DNA of 64,000 nt from Bugula neritina. Taxonomy: Eukaryota; Animalia; Bryozoa. The stretch covers positions 17,695,081 to 17,759,080 of the forward strand of contig OZ037766.1 in NCBI GenBank assembly GCA_964035545.1, given 5' to 3'. The notes under the pieces are model-generated. The model searched no databases and had not been told where the DNA came from. It saw nothing but the letters and a program-made list of their open reading frames with translations. A program made the translations under genes and the position numbers. Below are positions 36,801 through 50,130 of this stretch, piece after piece (positions within the stretch are counted from its first letter, which is position 1; each line of letters opens with the position of its first letter).

Positions 36801-39800
36801 GTAGACATTTTTGTTTGTTAATATTGCTCAAAACGTTTTTAATAGTTTAAAGTACATGTTTCATGAGTTAGCATGTCTATGATCATAACGATAACAGTAA
36901 AATTGAGTGAAAATTAAATTTTTGATTAGGAAAGATAACTCTTAATAAGTTTGTTTTTTGTTAAAATTAATTTAATTTAATCATTATTTATTCATGTTTT
37001 TGGTTTAAACGATTGTGAAATGTTCATTATTCACTGAAGATTTATTTAATAATAATCTTAACAGTCACAACTGTCTAAAAATCTGAAAATAAAACGAAAA
37101 TTGTTTGCGACACCCATTTTAGTCAAAACCCCCCTTATTAGTGGGGGTGCCAACATGCAAAAATGGGCGGGTGGAACAAATCAATACTAACCTTTGTTGC
37201 TATATATCACTGCAAAGCCAACATTCTACTGATCTCAGATCTGCGAGTACCTTTTTTGTATCTGGGGGGTTCTCTCGTGAGATGGGTGGATATACAGGGG
37301 TTCAGCATTTTTCAAGGGGGGACTATGGAACTCTAAATATTTAATTTTCTGAGTAGTTTAAGTTTGACATTAAAAATATTTTCAAGGAATGTTGTACACA
37401 TAATATGAAACTTTCTCTAACAAAAGTTTTGACCAAAAATAAAAAAGTGGGCGGAGCCTATAATATAACAAACTACTTTTTTGCATATACCGGATATTCT
37501 CTAAACTGCTACTTTTCTGTTCTAGCATTTAGAATGTTGATTTTTGGTAAGAAAATACTCTATTGTGTTCTAATAATGCTCTCCACTTTTCATTACATTC
37601 TAAACTATAAAACTTCTTTCCCAACCATGACAAATAAAAAACATAAAATGGGAGTTGTCTCCTCCGTTATAAATTATTGCATTTCTACCCAATAATATTG
37701 CTCTTTGTTGATAGGAACAACATCAGCATGATAAAAATGTATTCTTAGTGTATTTATATTAGCTTATTGACTTATTTTGAATAATTTATTACGGTGGAGT
37801 AGACATATTGAGAAAATTCCAGCTGGTACATTTTTAGTGTGTAGCGCCAAAGAAGTCTGTGTTCTGCAAAACCATTATCGTTACAATTGTAACAAATTGA
37901 AATTCAATCATGATGAAGCAGACACGAGATTAATCCTTCACGCAGCTGATGCACTGAGTGATTACGATTTGGTAGTAATAAGATCAGTAGATACTGATGT
38001 TGCTATTATTGCGCTTAACATCATCTTAGTAATGTTTTAACTGAGCAGGCTAATAAAGATGTAGTAATCTTTGTTGGAATGGGGAGTCACAGAAGATATA
38101 TATCTCTTTTTGAATTGGCCAAAAAAATTCCACAAAAAAGTTCTCAAGAATCTGTTATCACTCCATGCACTTACAGGTTGTGACTCAGTAAGTTTTATCT
38201 TCCGAATATCTAAAAAGCGTGCTTTGGAGGTACTTGAAAAGGGAAGCTATAATCTGTCTTTAAGTTCTGATGATTGGTCCGCATTATCAGATGAAACATA
38301 CTTAGAGTGTGAATGATTTGTCTCCAACCTATACGGTGCCTATCATGATATCACTGAAGCAAGATATAAAATATTGGCTTTAAAAAATGTCTCCAGTGAA
38401 GCACAGCTACCACCTGGTAGGAATTCCCTAGAATATCACGTAAAACGAGCCAATTATCAAGTTACACTTTGGCAACTTGCTTTAACACCTATTTTACTTC
38501 ATCAGCCAATTCTTGACCATGGTTGGGATACTAACTTGACTCCAATAAAATATGATTTTGAGAGCAACGCAGATGTGATTTTAACAGCATGTAAATTATG
38601 CAAAAAAGCAGGCTGTAAGAATAAAGCATGCAAATGCAAGTGCCTGATGATGAAATGCTGTGGTTTATGTGAATGTTTCGATTGCAACAACAAAAGTGGC
38701 CAGTCTTCTTTTTCAAGCAAAGAGCCTGATTATGATGATGATGGCAACGAACACAGTTCTGATGAAGAATTATAATATATTTAATTTGGTATATAAACGC
38801 TAGAGATAACAAAACTTTGTAATAAAGCTTGATCTATTGGAAATTAAAATTTAAATACTATCTTATTTATAAATAAATACAATTAAAAATGTCTACCAAT
38901 ATCTGATATAAAAGAGCATAGCAATTGCTTGTGATGCTGAAATCATAATATTACTTTTTTATGAACCATATTTTATGTTACTATACTCATGGATAAAAAA
39001 ATCGAATATTAGTGGTCTGTTAATTATTGCTGACACTCAATTTATACAGTAAATATTGAAAATTAATACTTAATAGTATTGACCGTAATAAATTATTCAA
39101 AATAAGTCAATAAGCTAATATAAATACACTAAGAATACATTTTTATCATGCTGATGTTGTTCCTATCAACAAAGAGCAATATTATTGGGTAGAAATGCAA
39201 TAATTTATAACGGAGGAGATAACTCCCGTTTTATGTTTTTTATTTGTCATGGTTGGGAAAGAAGTTAGATAGTTCAGAATGTAATGAAAAGTGTAGAGCA
39301 TTATTAGAACACAATAGAGTATTTTCTTACCAAAAATCAACATTCTAAATGCTAGAACAGAAAAGTAGCAGTTTAGAGAATATCCGGTATATGCAAAAAA
39401 GTAGTTTGTCATATTATAGGCTCCGCTCACTTTTTCATTTTTGGTTGAAACTTTTGTTAGAGAAAGTTTCATATGTGTACAACATTCCTTGAAAATATTT
39501 TTAATGTCAAACTTAAACTACTCAGAAAACTAAATATTTAGAGTTCCATAGTCCCCCCCTTGAAAAATGCTGAACCCCTGTATATCCACCCATCTCACGA
39601 GAGAACCCCCCAGATACAAAAAATGTACTCGCAGATCTGAGATCAGTAGAATGTTGGCTTTGCAGTGATATATAGCAACAAAGGTTAGTATTGATGTGCT
39701 CCACCCGCCCATTTTTGCATGTTGGCACCCCCACTATATGACTAAAATGGGTGTCACAGACCACGACACCGGGTGGCCACCCATTTTAGTCACACCCAAA

Positions 39801-42800
39801 AATATGCTACCTAATGCATGAAACGGTTAGATGCTACACACATAAGAAAATTCTTACTAAAATCACATCCATATGTTAAGCCATCTTTGGGTACCCATCC
39901 TTTAGCTCTGATATGATGATATACAGCATATTGCGGAATAAAAGACTTGTCTTTTTGGATACATCGATTCCACAGCTCTTGCAGGCTAACTCCCTATTTA
40001 ATAAATAAGATTAATTTAACATCGAGAGGGGAATGAATGTAAAATTTTAGTAGATTATATTGCTGTTGATCAATATAATGACAAAATGAATAGATTTGGC
40101 TGGTTCCTCAAATAAAAAACCCAAATTCTTCTACAATATAAAACTCCCTTGATTTCATGATCAGTACAGATGACAGATCATCGACTTTTAGTATGCAATC
40201 TGAATTACTAGCAAAGATATGTTAGAAGAGGTCACAAGATATTTGTAAAAGTCACCAGGTAAACAAATCTGATAAACTTCTGCTGATTCAAAAGATTCCT
40301 GCAGAAGCCAATTAATTAATTATGTAGCACACATACCAAAACACCTTTTAAAACTTTCTAAAGAATTATTGTATGACTATGATAAATAAGTTTTATTGTG
40401 CCCAGAACATGTTTGCATTAACCTATGGTTGTGGTTTCATTCGCTTGACACTGTCCCCATGCACTGAATGAAAAATCCATTCCCATAATTTGAAGCATGG
40501 GGGTGCCATGAATGTGAAAAGTAAGCACTTGCAGCAGCTCAAACTGTTGTAATAAATTCTGAGAATAATCTATTAACTCACTGTCATCTCTTCCCCTTCA
40601 CACATAAGCAGGCAATCGAACCCCAAGGATAAAAATATGGCCTACAAAAAAATTGCTTAAGGGCTTCATACAATTCAAAACAAAAGCTAATATAAACACA
40701 TGTACATTAATATATATAATATATATAGAGCCTAATTTGTTGGAAGTGACAACAAACTATAATTTGTGCATAAAAACATGGTGAGGCTCGTTAAAATGAC
40801 AATTTTGTGATAATTCAATTATAAACAAAACTTTCTCACATTTTATACGTTTGCATACTGTTAATTAAAGCAAGTTTACGAGAATAATTAAAAATGCCAA
40901 TTCAAGAAAGTTACCTCATATGGGTTCAGAATAAGCTGTTCAGTGGTATTTTGATATTTAGATTTGTCTTCTGTTGGCATTGGCTTCTCTTTAACGTCCA
41001 AGTTATTCAATTCGAATTTGAAATGTTCTGATAAACTCTCAATTTGGTCATCATCAAAGCTATCATTACCCTCATCTAAATCCAAAATATAATTCATAAT
41101 ATTTCATGACATAATATTAAATTCACTGTAGTACATTTGAACTTTATGTACATTAAGCCATGAAAAGAATTCATAACATAACATTAGCCGCTTTGCAAAT
41201 AAAATAAGTGAGTCTACTCATGAAACTATTTTGCTTAACATTTCATCAGTTATTAGGTAGATACCCAGTTATATAATCAGGTAATGAATTGAGCAACATC
41301 GCTCTTACACTAAAATATATGAGCCTTAGAGTTCTGTGAGCCAATGAATGAGATATTACGAGTATTTCTTTACAGGAACATACCCATACAATCTTGATCC
41401 AGCATTTCTGTTAGCTGGTGATAACTGCTAGCAGGTGGTGACTCTTTGGATAGTACAGTAGTTGGTGTCAATTGCTGACTAAGATTAGATGAGTTATAAT
41501 TGACAAGTGAAGAACAGGGTGAGGTAAAGGTTGCTTTTTCAGAAAACCAGAAGCTATGGTCAGCGTCAGTGTTCTCCCAAAAATCATCAGCATGAGTTGC
41601 TACTTCGACAGGTTTTAGATAATTTTCCAAGCTATACGCATTCATTGGCTGTGGTGAACTATTTGTGAATCTGCTAAATCCTTCAAGAGACAGGTGGTCA
41701 TCATCATTTGAAGCATCGGGGATATCAGTCTGTCGCTCAAACTTAGAATATAAACCAACCAAATCAGTTGTTACTTTACTGGCTGTCCCATTGGCTGACA
41801 AATTTGATCTCTGAGCTGAACAGTTAGTATCTTCAGTATAATTAGTAAAATTTTTGAGATCTGCAGAGTTGATTTTGCACAAATCAAGACTTTGTGAAGG
41901 GGATACCATTTCTTTATACATATGCTGCTCTTTTACACTGCTGTGAATTGAATAACTATACCTAAAAGTCACACAGGTATTACAATTTATTTCCTATTCG
42001 GGTAGTATACCTTTAAAATAATAGTATTAGGAGTAAAAGAGCCTGCATTTGGTGCCTGTATACAACCCAACACAACCCTGTATACATTAGGAAAATCTAA
42101 CAAAATTGGAAAAGTTGTAAAGAATCATTCAGTGAGTATCTATAGGTTTTATTACATTACCTTCTTGGTGAAGCATTTGACAAATGTTGTTCAATAGTGT
42201 TAACATCTTTCTGTACTGCTTCATGAAAAATAGGTTCATGTTTTGACAAACTGCCTTTACCATAAAAGCCCTAAAATATATATTTATGCATTATATAAAA
42301 TCAAGTAGCTAAGAAATGTAAAACAAAACAAATTTCTCTGCTTCATTTAAAGGCTATTTTAAAACGATAGAATATTTTTGCAATTTAGGCTGGGAGGGAG
42401 TTAAAAATTTTCAAGGACTATTTTTCAAACTGTGTTTCTAGCTATGGCAGGATGCTTTTAACATGCTTCAGTTGTGTGGTAACAAATTATTTGATGAAAT
42501 TGTTATTCTTACCATATGGTATAGAAATGCTATATCTCCTGGTGCAGAAACTGTTACAGAACAATCAGCTAGCACATTGGCTTGGCATGTAAACCTTGTT
42601 CTACATTTCATTTTTGATGAATCTTCTACAAAAACACATTAGATGATGGTCTTTTAAATTTCAGATAAAGTGTACATTTTAACTGATTACAAAAGTTCAA
42701 ACAAAAGGAAATTTCAAGATTTAAAGTAGCATTTAATGTTTGTAAAATCATTCTACCAAATAGTACAAAATTGTATTACCTATAACATTAGCCCCAGAAG

Positions 42801-42870
42801 CTTCTGAGAAGCAAATAGGAAATGGGAGATATCCATTTGGAACTCTTGACTTTTTTTTTGGTGGCTTCAT
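33830..42870 (-). CDS. TSEN2: tRNA-splicing endonuclease subunit Sen2, ~528 aa; exons 42870-42780, 42625-42513, 42270-42161, 41961-41384, 41075-40915, 40641-40582, 39993-39858, 35508-35348, 34006-33830
   Basis: All introns GT-AG and phase-compatible; motifs MGFYGKGSLSKHEP, EQLILNPYEAIFL, YAVYHHIRAKGWVPKDGLTYGCDFMVYKKGARYFHS, RVINNVRKELMICY; catalytic Y/H/K present. An extra upstream exon is possible (acceptor at 42896). Confidence 0.93.
34843..35054 (-). mobile_element. tRNA-derived SINE (degraded) in the last TSEN2 intron
   Basis: Shares gttaggaagagtatccagtcataattgctc and ctcacagggatagtgactataaacttg with the copies at 54.8 and 55.1 kb. Confidence 0.8.
35663..39797. mobile_element. Long-TIR (foldback/MULE-like) DNA element with 9-bp TSD filling TSEN2 intron 7
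   Basis: Ends GGGTGTGACTAAAATGGGTGGCCACCCGGTGTCG and its reverse complement; TSD aaaaatatg (35654-35662, 39798-39806); inner IR ~37140-37794 / 39083-39733; repeated ACCCATTTTAGTC modules. Confidence 0.9.
37795..38775 (+). pseudogene. XPG/FEN1-like nuclease plus Cys-rich C-terminus fragment (AcademX-type transposon protein)
   Basis: HDEADTRLILHA, IRSVDTDV, LHALTGCDSVS, QLPP...HVKRANYQ...W...GW, then a Cys cluster; stops and frameshifts present. Confidence 0.75.
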
Positions 42871-44157
42871 GTGGTCAATTAAACTGATAGTTTTACTAAA
42901 AATAATGCAATATGGAAATGCTCTGTAATTTATAGTTGTAAATTGACAAAAAATAGCTGATTGACCCTATATATAATAGCTGATACAACAACATAACCTA
43001 TGCTCTAGTTGAAAGCATATTAAAAGTAGTAAGAATTCAGGCTACAATAAAACTGTGAACAGATCAATGCATGGGCTTTTAAATTCTTTGCACAACATAA
43101 ACAATAATTACACACTGTATAATTATAGACCTTGGATGTGCTGCCACTTACGGTTTTCAGCTATTTAAATACCAAAATATTAGCTTCAGAAACTATGCCT
43201 CTAACATGGGTCATTTTACTTAATTTGGTACACACTGGATATCTTCAGTTTTTGGCTATTTTTCACAATTTAGCTGGTAATGAACATGGTTTTTTTGGCA
43301 AAAACTAGTAAAACATCAATAAATACACCTAAATAATCAAAGTTCTTTTTAATTTTGCTTCATTTCCCATGTTTTTCCCTAATAATTCAGCTAGTTTTGG
43401 TTACGGACCGTTACGGTTTTTTCGTAACGGTCTGCACATATAGAATATTACGTGCATATGACAATGACCTGTGCTTTAATGTTGGGGAATCTTCTCCCAG
43501 CCTTTTCTGTTATGCGTAGTTAAGACCAGCACATAAAAATATTATGTAAGTAAATTTCAATTGCTTTTGAGCAAACTTTAATGTTAGGTCGTAAGTTGCT
43601 GGTGTGTACTAAATGAAGTAAACTGGCTCACGTATATCAAAGATTAAACCAATACACATTATTAGAATATGCTAGCATACATGCCACAATAGTAGGTACC
43701 AACTTTAGTTCACAGATTGGGTTAAAATGGAAAATAGTCAACAGGGAAGGGTAAATAAACTGCAAGTAATTAATAACATAATAATGGCTGTGATTTATAA
43801 CTATAAGCACTTCATTAGGTCTCATCTTATAACTGTTGATACTTGCTATTGTATTACCATTATAGTAACAATAGACATATCACCAACACACACTCATGCA
43901 CCGCGAGCGCAACACAACACATCAAAATGCAATGCACACAAAATTTCTAATCAATGAATTCTAGATGCGCGCGAGGGTATCGCATACTAAAGCCTTTGCA
44001 GGTCATATTTATACTTTTTCGCCTCAATGACTTGAGTTATCTTTCACTTTGTTTGTGCACTTTGTTGCTTTATACAATCAAGCTAGTGTCTAAAATTGAG
44101 GGCAACTAATGTTCAAATCGTTATCAATTTTAGAAAGCCATATACAATGATTCATGA

Positions 44158-44695
44158 TTTGGTTTCATCCCAGAAAGGCGTTTCCCATTTAGACGCTAGG
44201 CTAAATTTCCCACTTAGAAGTTTCTCACTTGGACACTATTTTTTATTTTGGCGCCATATAACTATATAATAATATACCTATATATACACCTGTATAACTG
44301 TTGTATTTTTTGCTAAATAGCTAAAATGCTAATAGCTATAATAGCTAACATGAATTATCTGGAACAATATTCTAATTCTTATAGATTTGTGTGGGACAAC
44401 AACAGTAATATATCAATAATAAACATTATCTTTAATTAATGAATACTCATTAACAAAAATCTGTTCAAACAAGAAGCAAAAAATATGTAAAATTAATATG
44501 TTAATGCAGATCAAAGAAATTTATTTATGTTCTCAATACGTGATTTATTTAAATATACATATACTTAAATAATATTGAAATAAATTGCACATAAAATATG
44601 TATTGTACTAAAACAAAAAATACCGTCCAACTGGGAAGCGTGGGAAATTTAGCCTAGTGTCTAACTGGGAAGCATATATCTGGGATGACACCAAA
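44158..44695. mobile_element. MITE-like element with imperfect ~55-bp TIRs
   Basis: tttggtttcatcccaga...ctaggctaaatttcccac versus gtgggaaatttagcctag...tctgggatgacaccaaa. Confidence 0.6.
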
Positions 44696-45112
44696 TTTTT
44701 GTGTCTTTTATTTTATATGTCAATAGATTTTGAGCCATCTACCAAAATTTGTAGATTTTTATGACATCGATATATAAGTTCACACATAATTTTATTTTAG
44801 GTCTAACATATCAGTATTCTTTAAAGTTATTGTTATTTATTTTTCATTTTTTGTTTAGCAATTTAACTTACACAAATGATAAAGATAATTGAAAAAGGCT
44901 TTGTATTTTAACAACATAATATTTATAATGATTTTAATACTGATACTAATAGTAATAGTAATAGAAAATGCAGTAGTCTAACTCTAAGTCATTCCCATAA
45001 GGTACAGCTACTGCTAAACTTAAACTTAGAGGTAATGCTACTGCTAGTGTTACTCATTTCATTAGTGATTAATACAAATTTAGAGTTAATCATTAGATTT
45101 AGCGTTACACTT

Positions 45113-45442
45113 TGTAAAATAATTGCCCCCACTGGGAATCGAACCCGAGACCTCTGGCTTGCAAGCAAGTGTGCTACCATTACACCACGGAGGCCACTGG
45201 GTAAACTCAACACTACATCCCACCCAGTTCTCTGAACTCCACTGGCCTATCTACTACTCCTTCAGTTATCAGGCTCCCCTGGCCACTCAACTCCCTCGGA
45301 GTACTACTACTATACTTCACTAAAGGCCGAAATAGCTTGTAAAATAATTGCCCCCACTGGGAATCGAACCCGAGACCTCTGGCTTGCAAGCAAGTGTGCT
45401 ACCATTACACCACGGAGGCCACTGGGTAAACTCAACACTACA
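45113..45442 (-). mobile_element. TRIM with tRNA-like sequence in both LTRs
   Basis: Identical 105-bp repeats 45113-45217 and 45338-45442 (TGTA...TACA), 5-bp TSD cactt, 120-bp interior ending (minus strand) AGAGAACTGGGTGGGA as PPT. Confidence 0.9.
45349..45419 (-). pseudogene. tRNA-like sequence within the TRIM LTR (second copy 45124-45194); not a functional tRNA
   Basis: A box TGGTGTAATGG, B box GGTTCGATTCC, paired acceptor and D stems; anticodon arm one nt short and mismatched. Confidence 0.8.
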
Positions 45443-47677
45443 CACTTAATCTTATACTTACACTTACAGTTACGTTAGTGTTACTGTTACCGTTACTTAG
45501 TCAGTAAGCTAGTGAGTGACGCAAAAAGTTAGTGAGTTATACTTATTCAGTTATAGCTGATCATAAGTCTTCGAGTTTATTGCTTAGTCTTTAACTCATT
45601 AACAATAAATATAATTAATAGTGATTAAGTCATTACAGTTACTCATGAATTTTAACTTTAAGTGATTATTTGATTTACTATAAGTATAAGATTAAGTATA
45701 ACTATGAGTATGATTAGGAATATAATTAGAGCTTAGTAACCTATGGCGAAAACTCAAGTACAACTGTTAAAACAACTATTTCTAATTTTTAACAACGCAC
45801 TACTCAACGAACTACCTTTAATCACTCTATTGTGCATGAACATGAAATTGAATGTGTTGAGAGTCCGTTAGAAAAATTAGAAGAAATACAATATAACAAA
45901 TTTACAAGGGAAATTAACCTCTTGCGTAAATTTCGGCTATAACAATGCGCAAAAAACAAAATTTGCACAACAAAATATTTGAACATAAAAATATATAATT
46001 ACAAGTTTTGTACAAATTGTTATTTTAAAAATTTATCTGAACATAAAAAATATTATAGAACTTTAACATTGCGTTTTGCGTTTGCACACGGTTTCCTAGA
46101 GGAAGGGGGCGGATTCAGTTGAAGAGGTTTGCATTGTCACCATGTTGTTAAATACGTTTTGTTTTCTAATGATTTGTTATTTCGTAGTAACTTATTCATT
46201 TATTATCATTATGTTGTATTTATTTTATGTTTCTAATATGTTTGGTGTAGCAAATTTGTCACATTCTTGTTTAATCTAATTCACTTGCAAACCAAGCATT
46301 AGGCATAGCATTTTGATTTTGATTTTCATAATTTCACTTGCACTAAGTTACTCACTAACTCTAAGCCTAACACTAACAGTAACAGTAACACTAACAATAA
46401 GTGTAACGCTTAGAGTTACTGTTTGACTTAGTCTTACACTAACAGTAACACTTTACAGTTAATATTATAGTTGAAAGTTATAGTTAATCTTACTAATAGT
46501 AATTGTAATACTAGAGTCTTATAGTTATACTTATAGTTATGATACTACTTGTACTCGTACTGATAAGAAAAGTGAAATAAAAATACAATAACTAGAAGTA
46601 GACCTAGAAGTGCTAATAGTAGTAGCAGCAGTACCAGTTGTGAGTAAAAAGTTTAACTAAATCAGTAAATCATTTACTGATGGTTTGCGTCACCTACCAC
46701 ACTAGGAGTAGGTGGAAATGTTTATTCAGATAAAGATGGTCATTTAATTTTATGTTTAACTCACGCATGAATTTTTGCTTCATCTGTAGATATAAACTTA
46801 GATTTGAGCTAATCTCAAGCTGCAAAGTTAAATCAAAATGAAATTAAAAAACTCCTTCATCATTTACAGTTTTTTTATAGAGTTGGTATTAGGATATCTA
46901 TAGTATTATTTATAGATAACGTATTTTACAAATGGAAACATGCACTCTGTACGCAATAGAACACTAACACAACTTTAATTTTAAGTTCAACCTGCACAAG
47001 TAACTTGTAGTTGTGCTAGTACTTATATTCTATATTCCTGGTTATACTAACTAGCTACTAGTTATAACTTAATAGCTTAATATTATTGTTTGACTCTAAA
47101 TAAAAGTAACAGATGGTAGACAAATAATACAAGATCAATTCTAATTTTTATATTAATAATGGTATTACTACTAGTAATAATAGCAGTTACTTATTGACTG
47201 ACAGTGTGAGTGTGAAATCAAAGAGACAAGACCATTTCCTGAAGCCAAGCTGGCACCACTTATCATTGCAAATCAAGTCAACAAATGAGGAAGCTTGTCA
47301 ACTGTCATTTGTGAAATCCAAATCAATCAGTGTTTTGGTTTGACTCGAGTTAGTTTAAATTACTTTTCTTGTCTTTCATTGATAATTATTTAAATTTTTT
47401 TACATAGATCTAAAAACATAAAATAGTTGAAAAATAACTGACACTTTACTTGTATAGTTGGAAAATATTCATCTATATCTTAGCTATCATCTGAATGTTG
47501 CTGAAAGGTTGCATGCCCAGAAAATTTTGTTCTATCATGAATTTTGTGCATACAAGTCTGAAAATAATTTAATAATTTTTATTGCATTCCAGTGACAAAT
47601 TACACTGCTTAGGGAGAAGTAGATAAAAATCCTGCCTGAAAAAAATAGGAACATAAAGAACATCCGGTGTATATAAC

Positions 47678-49232
47678 CTTATTTTCAACATTCTCTGTTG
47701 TATGGGACTGCTGTTTAGCCCCAGGAGTTGATGAAGTGCATCCAGGTGCACTCTCGGTTTCCACTAAGTAAATAGTTGGGACTGCTGTCTTCTCTAAATG
47801 CAATCTAAATAGTAAATCGAAACTAATCTAATTTTATTCTTTCAACATGCCAAGTGAATCATATTTTCCATTTACTAGTATTAATGATAGGCACAACTAT
47901 TATAGTACTGTATCAGTGTGTACCATCATAATGGTATTATCAAACTCAAAGTGACTATGTCACATACCGATAGTCATAAGTCTGACATATTATTATCACT
48001 GATCACTATGACTATGAATTTGCTTAAAATTATGGTCATGGCATAAACCATAAATGTAAACTTACATTAAGTCATAGCGATAGTCACATGCATCAACACG
48101 GTCATGACGAACACATTGACTTATACTATCTTCAAATTGTAGTAATACTAAATAATTATTTTTGACAATCAACATTAAGACGACAAGTACAACAACTACA
48201 TTAAGGCCTTTGACACTGTATCAAACGATGGCCTCTGGCAGGTTCTCACTAAGTTTGGATGCCCTGCCAAATTTGTGAACATTGTCAAATCTCTACATAG
48301 TGGTATGCAAGCTTCTGTGGCATATGGAAATAATCATTATAAAGAGTTTGCAGTGACAAACGGTGTTAAACAAGGGTGTGTTCTTGCACCTACCCTCTTT
48401 TCTCTCTATCTGTCGGCTATGCTGGAGGTTGTCTTTAAGGACAGCTCAGATGAAGTATCTATCAAAACAAGACAAAATGCAGATAGTTTTATCTACCTTG
48501 CCGTATGGGACCGAAACATGGACAGTTTATAGAACACAGGTCAAGAAGCTAAATTCGTATAAGATGAGGCATTTGAGAGAAATTATGAAGCTAACTTGGA
48601 GAGATAAAGTTTCAAACCACGAAATATACAGAAGAAGGGGTTTAGCTCCAATGGCAGATATGCTCCTTGAGCGAAATCTTAGATGGACTGGTCACGTTCA
48701 CAGAATGGATAAAAAGAGACTAACCTAGGCAGCTGGTCTACTCACAACTGAGTTCAGGGAAAAGGAATCAGGGACGTCCTCGTCTTAGATTCGAAGATGT
48801 AGTGAAAAGAAACTTCAACTGGAGAGGCATTAGATAGGATACAAGTTGGCAGGCTGCAGCTAAACGTCAACCTGTCTGAAAAGCTATGATACGTAGACCT
48901 AAACCTAGAACAGTCATCGTCGACTCAACGGACTGCTTATGATGATGGCAACAACTATCGTCTATTACTATCAGTATCATTATGAGTTTAAGTGAGCTAT
49001 TTGCTTATATGTTAACGAGTTTTGCTTTATACATCAACATGCTTGTGTTTGTAAATTGATCATCTTTAAATTGCTTATAACACAATCGAGATGTTTTATC
49101 AAGCAGCAAATCTTTCTTTTAGTGTTGACAAACTAGAACATTTTTACCATACACACAACTTGCAGGCCATTAAAGCACATTGCAGCTTCACAAGATCCTT
49201 AACGTTTGGAACTTGAAGCAAGTGTAGCCATG
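47678..49232 (-). pseudogene. Degraded spliced THAP-domain gene or transposon remnant
   Basis: SRLCYKQFKDDQF near 49060-49095 and an AG-bounded exon at ~47805 encoding LHLEKTAVPTIY (AVPTI box); interrupted by an RTE fragment. Confidence 0.45.
48200..48947 (+). mobile_element. RTE-clade LINE 3' fragment (RT with internal deletion)
   Basis: KAFDTV, GVKQGCVLAPTLF, YGTETW, LRWTGHVHRM, GKRNQGRP; (GAT)n-like tail. Confidence 0.9.
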
Positions 49233-50130
49233 TTGACAGCAAGTGTAACTAGTAGTATAATGAGTTTGTGCGTTAGAGTTCAATATAAAATGTTATAAAG
49301 ATTATGAGTGATTACTACTAGAAAAACCTTATATTAATACTTTAAATAATATGCGGTTACTATGACAACAATCTGTTTGAAAGTAAGGTAGCGTAATAAA
49401 GCACATAATTATGTACGAAATTATTTGTAATGTTTTATATAAAAATTTACTACCTATTAGATTTACCTAATTTCTTTTACAAATATCGTATTGTCGGTGT
49501 ACATAACCACCCGTTCCAATTACATCTCGAAAGTTAGGCTATTTCATTTTTCCGATGCTTAATATTTTAACCGGAAGTAACTGTAGCTCTTAAGATCTAT
49601 AGTAGGGTGGTCTCAGTCATTTTTTTCATTTAGCAGTAGCTGTAAATCTGAGTTTTTAAATTTTAGGTCAGTTTAGTGATTTATCTGTGTGTTGCAGTGG
49701 CTAAAAATAACAAACAGTAAAAATATGCAATAATTACTATTGGTTATATAGTAACTCTGACTGGAAGCCGATCGAAAACGTCATCACTGGGAGCGCAGAT
49801 ATCTGAATTTTTTCAAGACAAGTGTGCACTAAACTTGTTATAGAACAAAATTGGTTATGTATACAACCTTCAAACAGTATTTAGATGATAGCTAAGGAAT
49901 ATATGAATATGTACATACTGTGGTAAATATCAGAGTTATCCCCCTTAACATATTACTTATGGCTTTTTTTTCTGAATGCTGTAATTGTAGCTAAGTTCCT
50001 GGCTTAACTTTCTAATACCTTAAATACTACAGCCATTGTTAAGCTTTTAGCGGAGTAAATAGTTGATCCCCTTTCCCACAATTACAACTTACAATCTTTA
50101 CACACTTGGTTGAGTTCAATTTTGCTAATT

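Noticed and set aside
37141-39764. Duplicated small ORFs at 37141/39522, 37405/39182 and 59775/60427
   Set aside because: Chance frames duplicated because they lie in TIR arms or MITE copies.
45124-45419. Two tandem tRNA-Ala/Cys genes
   Set aside because: Anticodon arm is defective and both lie inside identical TG...CA repeats with a TSD, so they are TRIM LTRs.
33830-45442. Functional link between TSEN2 and the nearby tRNA-bearing TRIM
   Set aside because: Proximity only; the TRIM is a recent insertion and has no tRNA intron.
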